A stretch of 64,000 nucleotides of DNA. Origin: a virus. Lineage: Duplodnaviria > Caudoviricetes. Numbering within the stretch: the stretch's first letter is position 1; every line of letters begins with the position of its first letter. Both the position numbers and the translations under genes were made by a program. Below are positions 57,685-64,000 of this stretch, one piece after another. The stretch spans positions 1-64,000 of IMG/VR virus record IMGVR_UViG_3300021256_000077. One strand, given 5' to 3'. The notes under the pieces are model-generated. The model ran no database searches and was not told the DNA's origin. It saw nothing but the letters and a program-made list of their open reading frames with translations.

Positions 57685-58293
57685 TCAGACCGCCCGCAGA
57701 AAACCAACCGCAAGGCCAAGAATGCGGACTGGTTCGGCTGGATCTTCCGACACGAACATCGGGGCATATGCCATGTTCTCTGCGGAAAGCGTAAGCCCAT
57801 CAGGTCGATGGTAGACGTGCTTGAGTGTTGCTTCATCTCCTATTAATACTGCGGCAATCTGACCGTCATCCACATCCGGCTGTCGGCGAATGAGCACGAT
57901 GTCTCCTTCGAGGAACTTTGGAACCATGCTGTCACCCTTGCAGCGAAGTGCGAAATCACATTGCATATCAGGAACATTGACCTCCCCTTCCAGATTTTGC
58001 TCCGCAAGAATTGGAGTACCGCAGGCAATGGTACCTAAAATGGGAACCTTATGAAATGTAGGTTCGAAAATGTTGTCGGGCATAGATACTTCGTACATGG
58101 TTCCCATCAGGTAGTTGACCTTTACATTGAGAGCCTTGGCAATGGCCTCAATACGTGACTTTGATAACTCGATTTTCCCGTCTTCTATTTTGGCGATTGT
58201 CGTTCTGGATTTGTAACCGAGCATCTCAGCCAGGGCTGTTTGAGTCATCCCAAGCTCCATGCGTCGGTTGCGGATGCGTTCGTTAATCGTCAT
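57685..58293 (-). CDS. CI/LexA-like repressor (XRE HTH + S24 peptidase)
   Basis: ERIRNRRMELGMTQTALAEMLG HTH; IACG cleavage loop, GDSM catalytic Ser, ATLK catalytic Lys. Confidence 0.9.
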   Translation of the reverse strand: MTINERIRNRRMELGMTQTALAEMLGYKSRTTIAKIEDGKIELSKSRIEAIAKALNVKVNYLMGTMYEVSMPDNIFEPTFHKVPILGTIACGTPILAEQNLEGEVNVPDMQCDFALRCKGDSMVPKFLEGDIVLIRRQPDVDDGQIAAVLIGDEATLKHVYHRPDGLTLSAENMAYAPMFVSEDPAEPVRILGLAVGFLRAV

Positions 58294-58314
58294 ATGGATA
58301 CCTCCTTCGGACGC

Positions 58315-58402
58315 ATTGTAACACATGTGTGACTTAAAATCAACAGTGTGCTTGACAGAGCCTGACCTCAGTGATATGATTCATGTGTGATCTTAAATCA
58401 CT
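58315..58402. promoter_or_regulatory. Divergent sigma-70 promoters with two operator repeats (lysis/lysogeny switch)
   Basis: Plus: TTGACA(58352)-17-TATGAT(58375). Minus: TTGATT(58343)-17-TACAAT(58320). Repeats CATGTGTGACTTAAAATCA (58324) and CATGTGTGATCTTAAATCA (58382). Confidence 0.8.
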
Positions 58403-58440
58403 TCCAGCCTTGTCGATCACCATCATAATAGGAGGAAACA

Positions 58441-59705
58441 ATGAGGCAGTTCTTTTTAACTGGAAGAAACCCTGACCTGAACGAATACGAATGGGCAGTC
58501 ATCAGAGCGGAGAACAAGAAATCGGCCATTGAGAATGCAAAGATTTCCTATGGCTGGACATCGATTGTGACTCATGCCTCCGCAAGTCAGGCCTGCATCT
58601 TCTGTGAAAGAAGGAATAAGACATGATGACGCCTCAGGAAATCCGTGAGCGTCTGAAAGAGATCGATGCCCAGTTCGGAGTCATGCACATCCTGCTCAAC
58701 AAGAAGGTCAAGTACATGAGTGCGGAAGACACGCACTACGTGATCATGCAAATGCAGAAAATTCTCATCTGTATCGGAAACATCTTCCAAGTCGCACAGA
58801 ATGCGAAGAAACCAAAGAAAGGTGAGCTTCAAGATGAACAAGGAACTGGAACATCAACTTGATCTGGCACTCGATGCGGTGATCCGGGCAGAATCCTTCG
58901 ACGATCTTGCTCAGGCGGACGATCTGATGACCGATCTGCTGATAAAAACACGGTATCCGCAGGAATTGGGAGAGGTTCACACCCTCTTCCATGAACTCTG
59001 GATGGAAAAATCAAGAAAATTTTTCAAGTCGTGCAAAAAACAATCGATTTTAGCCTCTTATATATCGTAAGGGGGTGAAAGACCATGTTCAAGAAGGCGT
59101 TCTGCCTGAGCTGCAACTGTTTGAGGGACACATACATCGCAGCCCACAGAAAACCGCTCCGCCTGACCAAGCACTGCCGAGTTTGCGGATTCGAAATCGC
59201 CGACTACAGCCGCGAAGGATCGTATCTGCAAGCATTCCGGGAAGCCTGGGCATGGAATCAGTCATGAGTCCCGATACACCGCTGGATATGCAGGAAACCA
59301 TCATCCGCATTGATCCGGCCGCCAAACGAGCGTACATCACATCAACCGAGGTCAGCCGTCATGATCGCCTGTTGTACTTGGGCAATCTGGCAAAGGCAAA
59401 AAAGCGTGGCAAAGTGATCCGCGATGACCGTGATGTAACGGAAATTGAAATCCCTGCAAACTGGATTATCCTATCGACCTCAAAAAAGGAGAGATTCGCA
59501 CATGAGCAATTTTGAAACTTCCAATCGTGACCTTGAGCAGTTCCTGTGGGTGCATGGCTTTGTTCCTACCCATACCGAAAAGACCCCAGACTTCCTGACC
59601 AAGTGGGTGTTCGAGAATACCCCTGACCTGAAGAAGTGCCTGGAGGAATACCCGGCCGTGGTGGAACGCCGTCGTCGCAATCGTCCCCCGAAGTTTGCGG
59701 CATAA
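58441..59705 (+). CDS. Run of small genes (58441, 58623, 58834, 59085, 59264, 59502)
   Basis: Overlapping, translationally coupled track ORFs. Confidence 0.5.
59016..59075 (+). promoter_or_regulatory. Second copy of the putative phage-specific promoter
   Basis: AAAATTTTTC..CGTGCAAAAAACA-N13-TCTTATA-N3-CGTAAGGGGG. Confidence 0.55.
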
Positions 59706-59751
59706 TTAACCGCTTTGGTGTATAATAACGAGCAACGAGAGGAGCACCAAC

Positions 59752-60744
59752 ATGAAACATTTTGAAATCACCGAAGTATGGGCAAAAGACTGGCTGACAA
59801 AAATTCTCCCGAGTACCCGTGATCTGTATGTGGAGCGTGTCAACCGTACTCTTGGGCAGTGGGAACAGGACTTTAACATTACCATTGTTCCGTATCAGGT
59901 CAGCTCCATCACCATGTGGCATGTTACTGGCATCAATAAGGCTGAGATCGGTGTATGGACGATGGCTCTCCGGCAGCGCATTACCCCTGGAAGTTACAAT
60001 GGTTACATGTCCGCAGTACGTAGCTTCCTTGATTGGTGTTACAACCGTGATGTAATCCTTGATAAGAACGGTGATCCGCTGAATACCAATCTGATGTCAT
60101 GTATCAAGAGCGAGAAGGTTCCTGACAAGACTGAATCGCCACAATGGGAGCGCAAAGTACCCCGCGTTCTGACGATTGAGGACGTCAATGAAATCATGGC
60201 AGAGATGGGCAATACGAGAAAGGTTGAGCGCAACCGGGCGATAGCCGCACTGATGATCTACAGTGGTCTGCGTACAACAGAAGTTTGCGAACTGACAGTT
60301 GGCGGAGTCCTGGGCGTAGAGCACGGCACGATTTACTGCAAGCGCAAGGGTGGTAAATGGTGTACGGTAGTTGTTGCAGAAGCTTTCTACCCGTATCTCA
60401 ATGCTTATTTGAAGGTGCGCGAAGGAAGCATGGGCAGAGATGATTACCTGTTCACAAGCGGTGATGGTGGCCCTATGTCCCGCAAAACCCTGTACTGCAT
60501 TCTTGCTCCAATCCAGAAGAAACTTGGTCTTGCATCCGGTGGACATGCGCTTCGTGCTGCGTTTGCCAGTGAAGTTGCCAGACTTGGTGGTCCTGGTATT
60601 GCAAGGGACGCGCTGAACCATAAGCACATTCAGATCACGGATCGGTACATTGAGTCTTCTGTTGAGCAGCGTCGTGAGATTATCAATCATCTCGCTTACG
60701 CTCCGTATGAAGACGAAATAGATGACAACCTCTTTGACTTATAA
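59752..60744 (+). CDS. Tyrosine recombinase (integrase/XerC-like)
   Basis: RNRAI...SGLRTTE, KGGK, HALR and H..I.ITDRY catalytic motifs. Confidence 0.88.
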   Translation: MKHFEITEVWAKDWLTKILPSTRDLYVERVNRTLGQWEQDFNITIVPYQVSSITMWHVTGINKAEIGVWTMALRQRITPGSYNGYMSAVRSFLDWCYNRDVILDKNGDPLNTNLMSCIKSEKVPDKTESPQWERKVPRVLTIEDVNEIMAEMGNTRKVERNRAIAALMIYSGLRTTEVCELTVGGVLGVEHGTIYCKRKGGKWCTVVVAEAFYPYLNAYLKVREGSMGRDDYLFTSGDGGPMSRKTLYCILAPIQKKLGLASGGHALRAAFASEVARLGGPGIARDALNHKHIQITDRYIESSVEQRREIINHLAYAPYEDEIDDNLFDL

Positions 60745-60770
60745 ACAACAATAAAGGAAGGAAGAAAACA

Positions 60771-61001
60771 ATGATTATTGATCTGAGTCAGGAGCTTTCC
60801 ATGTTAAATGCGAAGCTTAAAGAGGTTAAGAACGAAGCGAAAGTTGCCAACAAAAGGCTTGATTATTTGTTTGACCAAGAAGATGGATTCACTGAATACA
60901 ATAAACAGATGAAGGTAGTGCTCGAGATCGAAGATGTAGAATATGCTCTCGAATACGCCATTCATATGCTTGAGAAGTGTGTGACACGCAAAAGAAATTA
61001 A
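60771..61001 (+). CDS. Small coiled-coil protein
   Basis: Track ORF with AAGGAAGG RBS. Confidence 0.55.
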   Translation: MIIDLSQELSMLNAKLKEVKNEAKVANKRLDYLFDQEDGFTEYNKQMKVVLEIEDVEYALEYAIHMLEKCVTRKRN

Positions 61002-61086
61002 CAACGACAACAACGAACAACCATAACAAGAAATCACAACTTGTTATGGTTGTTTTCTTTTGCGCAAAAATGAGGAGGTAAATGTT

Positions 61087-62088
61087 ATGCCCTTGAAGTT
61101 TGGTGCGGCAACACGCAAATCCGCAAAGCTGAAAATCGGTATCGGAGGTCCCTCCGGTTCCGGCAAAACCATGTCTGCCCTGCTGATGGCCTACGGCATG
61201 ATGAAAGAAGCGTACCCCAATCTGCCTGATGACGAAATCTGGGCAAAGATTTGCATCATCGACACTGAAAACGAATCCGGCAGCCTGTACACCAATATGC
61301 AGGTCGGTGCGACACACATCGGCACTTACAATGCCATCAATCTTGAGCCTCCGTTCGAAGCGGAAAGCTACATCAACGCCATCAAACTGGCGGAGCAGAA
61401 CGATCAGGAAGTTCTGATCATTGACTCCATCTCCCACGCTTGGGCGGGCGAGGGTGGTGCTCTTGAACGGCAGTCCAACATCGCAAGCCGTACCGGGAAC
61501 TCCTACACGGCATGGAAAGAACCGAAGAAGGACATGAACAAGATGATGAACGCGATCCTTCAAAGCAAGTGCCATGTGATCTGCAATATCCGTGCGAAGA
61601 CCGAGTATGCACAGGAGAAGGACAGCAAGGGCAAGACCATTGTCCGCAACCTTGGCATGGGCCTGATCACCCAGTCCGAATCCCAGTACGAATACACGGT
61701 TCTGCTGATGCTGGACAACGCGCATACAGCAACCGCAGAGAAGGATCGCACCGCGCTGTTTGATGGCAAGTACTTTGTGGTAACGCCGGATACGGGACGC
61801 AGCCTGTATCGCTGGCTTCTGGAATCCAAACCCGAGCCTCCCGCCGAGCTGAAGGAAGAGGAAGAGCCGAAGGCCGCACCCAAGGCGAAGCCCAAAGCTG
61901 AGACCAAGCCCGTCGATAAGGCAAAGCTCCTGAAGGTAAACGAAGCAGTCACCAAGCTTGTCAAGAGTGGCAAGCGTGATGAGACCCTGGCCAAGGTCAA
62001 TGAGATCATCGGACGTGAGGATGGCAACTATTATGCCGTCACCGATGGAGCACTGATCGAAAAACTGTTTGAAACATTCTGCGTTTAA
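61087..62088 (+). CDS. Sak4-like AAA ATPase (ssDNA-annealing recombinase)
   Basis: GPSGSGKT, IIDTE, IIDSISHAW and KDRT motifs; adjacent to SSB. Confidence 0.8.
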   Translation: MPLKFGAATRKSAKLKIGIGGPSGSGKTMSALLMAYGMMKEAYPNLPDDEIWAKICIIDTENESGSLYTNMQVGATHIGTYNAINLEPPFEAESYINAIKLAEQNDQEVLIIDSISHAWAGEGGALERQSNIASRTGNSYTAWKEPKKDMNKMMNAILQSKCHVICNIRAKTEYAQEKDSKGKTIVRNLGMGLITQSESQYEYTVLLMLDNAHTATAEKDRTALFDGKYFVVTPDTGRSLYRWLLESKPEPPAELKEEEEPKAAPKAKPKAETKPVDKAKLLKVNEAVTKLVKSGKRDETLAKVNEIIGREDGNYYAVTDGALIEKLFETFCV

Positions 62089-62105
62089 GAGAAGGAGAAG
62101 AAAGT

Positions 62106-62486
62106 ATGAATCAGATCACTTTCAATGGACATCTCGCCCGTGATCCCGAGACCCGTACCGTCAACAACCAGGAAGTTGTCAGCTTCACCGTGGGTAGCAC
62201 ATCTGCGGTAAAGAATGAGAACGGCGATTACAACACCATGTGGTATTCCTGCTCTGTCTGGGGCAAGTTTGGCAATCGCATTGCCAACATGCATAAGGGT
62301 GACCCGATTATGGTAACTGGCAGCCTGAACGTGCGTAACTATGCGAAGCGCGATGGCACGAACGCTTATTCCCTGGATGTGCGCGTTACCGATTACTCCA
62401 TCATGGGATCTCCCAAGCGCAATGAGGCCGTGGCTACACCTGCCCCTGCTCAGTCTCAGCCCGCAGATGACGATCTTCCCTTCTAA
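62106..62486 (+). CDS. ssb: Single-stranded DNA-binding protein
   Basis: GHLARDPE...W..C.VWG OB fold; DDDLPF tail. Confidence 0.92.
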   Translation: MNQITFNGHLARDPETRTVNNQEVVSFTVGSTSAVKNENGDYNTMWYSCSVWGKFGNRIANMHKGDPIMVTGSLNVRNYAKRDGTNAYSLDVRVTDYSIMGSPKRNEAVATPAPAQSQPADDDLPF

Positions 62487-62573
62487 TTGATTCATTCTAC
62501 CCGGCGCGGATAACGGCAACCATGTAACGAACAACGAAGCGCCGCTACTTTTAAATTAAAGGAGCGGCCAGAT

Positions 62574-63143
62574 ATGACAACCAATCAGGAAATGGAAGTT
62601 CTGAAGAAGTACGATCACGTTATCACTAATGTTGTCAAGAGTTTTCGTTCCCGCGCGTTATATGGTTCGCGCATTGACTTTGAAGATTTGAAGCAGGAGG
62701 CCGTAATTGCTGCGCTTCAATGGATTCGTCAGTATGAAACGCCGGAAGACGTCCCTTATGTATCAAAGTATGCGATGCTTAACGCTATGTGCAGTCTGTG
62801 TATCAAGTATCTCTGGTATTCATATCCAGACCGTGCAAGCAGTATGCAGCAGTATCAGTCAATCGACATAGTGCTACTGCATGATGCACAGCAGGAAGCG
62901 ATCAATAAATCCACGCTGAGTCGTTGCGTGGATTATGATGAGGAATTCGCTTCTATTATCGACATCAAAGACTTCATTAATAATCTTGATGCTTCGGACA
63001 GCGAAATTCTCTGTCTCCGCATGCAAGGTTATACCTATGCACAGATTGCATCAATGTGTCACATCGATACGTCCACAGTTTGCCGCAGATTGAAACGCAT
63101 GATGAAGCGTTTCCAGGATGGAGAAGGGGCGACAAGCGCATGA
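62574..63143 (+). CDS. Phage sigma-70-family RNA polymerase sigma factor
   Basis: DFEDLKQEA region 2; GYTYAQIASMCHIDTSTVCRRL region 4 HTH. Confidence 0.78.
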   Translation: MTTNQEMEVLKKYDHVITNVVKSFRSRALYGSRIDFEDLKQEAVIAALQWIRQYETPEDVPYVSKYAMLNAMCSLCIKYLWYSYPDRASSMQQYQSIDIVLLHDAQQEAINKSTLSRCVDYDEEFASIIDIKDFINNLDASDSEILCLRMQGYTYAQIASMCHIDTSTVCRRLKRMMKRFQDGEGATSA

Positions 63144-64000
63144 CAATGGAAGAAGCAGTCCGCGACTATGCTGATCGTTACCTTTCTCCATATAAGATGC
63201 GCAAAAAGGCAGACGGATCGGTGGAATACTTTGCAAAGGAATGCCCGGTCTGTCATTCGCCAAAGCAGTACAAGTTTTCCATCAACAGTCACACAGGGTT
63301 CGCGCATTGCTTCCGTGGTGGCTGTGATTTCCATGGTTCCATCTACAAATTGCTGAGCATGGCGGGCGAAAAGCCCGTCAACATCAAAAATCAGGAAAAA
63401 GTTGGTGACTTCATGGCGGTTAAGAAGAATTATCGGCAGCCCAAGGAAGATACTGTCCCGCTGACGGATAAATGCCGCGAGTATATGCACAGGCGTGGCT
63501 TCAGTGACGAAACCATCGACGCTTTTGACCTCGTGTCAGATAAAAACGGCAATATCGTTTTTAATTTCACGAAGGATGGCAAGCTTGTGTACCGCAAGTT
63601 CCGCAAGCCGGAAAAATACGTGCAGGGACATGGCGAAAAGGAATGGACGTCGCCCGGATCGATGGAAGTGCTCTGGAATATGGACAAAATCAATCCCGAA
63701 CTGCCCGTTTACCTGACGGAAGGACAGTTCGATGCCATGGCACTGTTCGAAGCGGGATTCTGTAACGTTGTGAGTGTTCCGGCGGGCTGCAATCACACCC
63801 AGTGGATCGACAACTGTTGGGAATTCATCGAGCAGGTCAAAACGTGGGTGATTTTCGGTGATTCAGACGAACCTGGTCAGCAGATGGTCAGCACGCTGAA
63901 GACTCGCCTATCCGTGAGCCAGGTGAAGTTCATTCCCATCGAAGCGTACCCCGCCAAGGACAGCGGTGACCTCATGAAAGATGCCAACGAGATTCTGATT
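63140..64000 (+). CDS. DNA primase (Zn finger + TOPRIM; T7 gp4/Twinkle-like), truncated by window end
   Basis: Hand translation from ATG 63140: CPVC...CFRGGC, LTEGQFDAMA, VSVPAG, FGDSDEPG, KDANE. Confidence 0.88.
   Translation, partial: MTMEEAVRDYADRYLSPYKMRKKADGSVEYFAKECPVCHSPKQYKFSINSHTGFAHCFRGGCDFHGSIYKLLSMAGEKPVNIKNQEKVGDFMAVKKNYRQPKEDTVPLTDKCREYMHRRGFSDETIDAFDLVSDKNGNIVFNFTKDGKLVYRKFRKPEKYVQGHGEKEWTSPGSMEVLWNMDKINPELPVYLTEGQFDAMALFEAGFCNVVSVPAGCNHTQWIDNCWEFIEQVKTWVIFGDSDEPGQQMVSTLKTRLSVSQVKFIPIEAYPAKDSGDLMKDANEILI

Overview
This window is part of a large tailed (siphovirus-like) phage genome, probably temperate and probably infecting Bacillota/Clostridia (GGAGG RBSs, SPbeta-like head module). 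Two divergent arms are separated by an AT-rich repeat region at ~41.65-42.7 kb. The minus arm (1-41.6 kb) is the late region: regulators, an ncRNA/tRNA island, terminase, portal, protease, capsid, head-tail genes, major tail, frameshifted tail chaperone, a ~4,900-aa tape measure, distal tail, Tal and fibres. The plus arm (43-64 kb) is early/middle: GP88, two C5 methyltransferases, ArdC, MazF-like, BRO antirepressor, a CI/LexA-like switch, tyrosine recombinase, Sak4-like ATPase, SSB, sigma factor and primase. Main result: late genes are not fragmented but are read through TAG. I count 40 in-frame TAGs in 15 late genes, every true stop I checked is TAA/TGA, and the early genes contain no TAG. 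The phage encodes its own CUA-anticodon tRNA (37059-37134, minus). The TAG contexts overwhelmingly call for a hydrophobic residue (KRF*DSL, VEA*NKK, GFD*SGL, IVRA*IQ, DRI*EQA, GVLG*YA), and the tRNA has tRNA-Leu-like identity features. This points to TAG=Leu rather than the TAG=Gln (code 15) familiar from recoded phages. The amino-acid assignment is an inference and needs alignment or proteomic confirmation. Product names come from motif recognition, not database searches.
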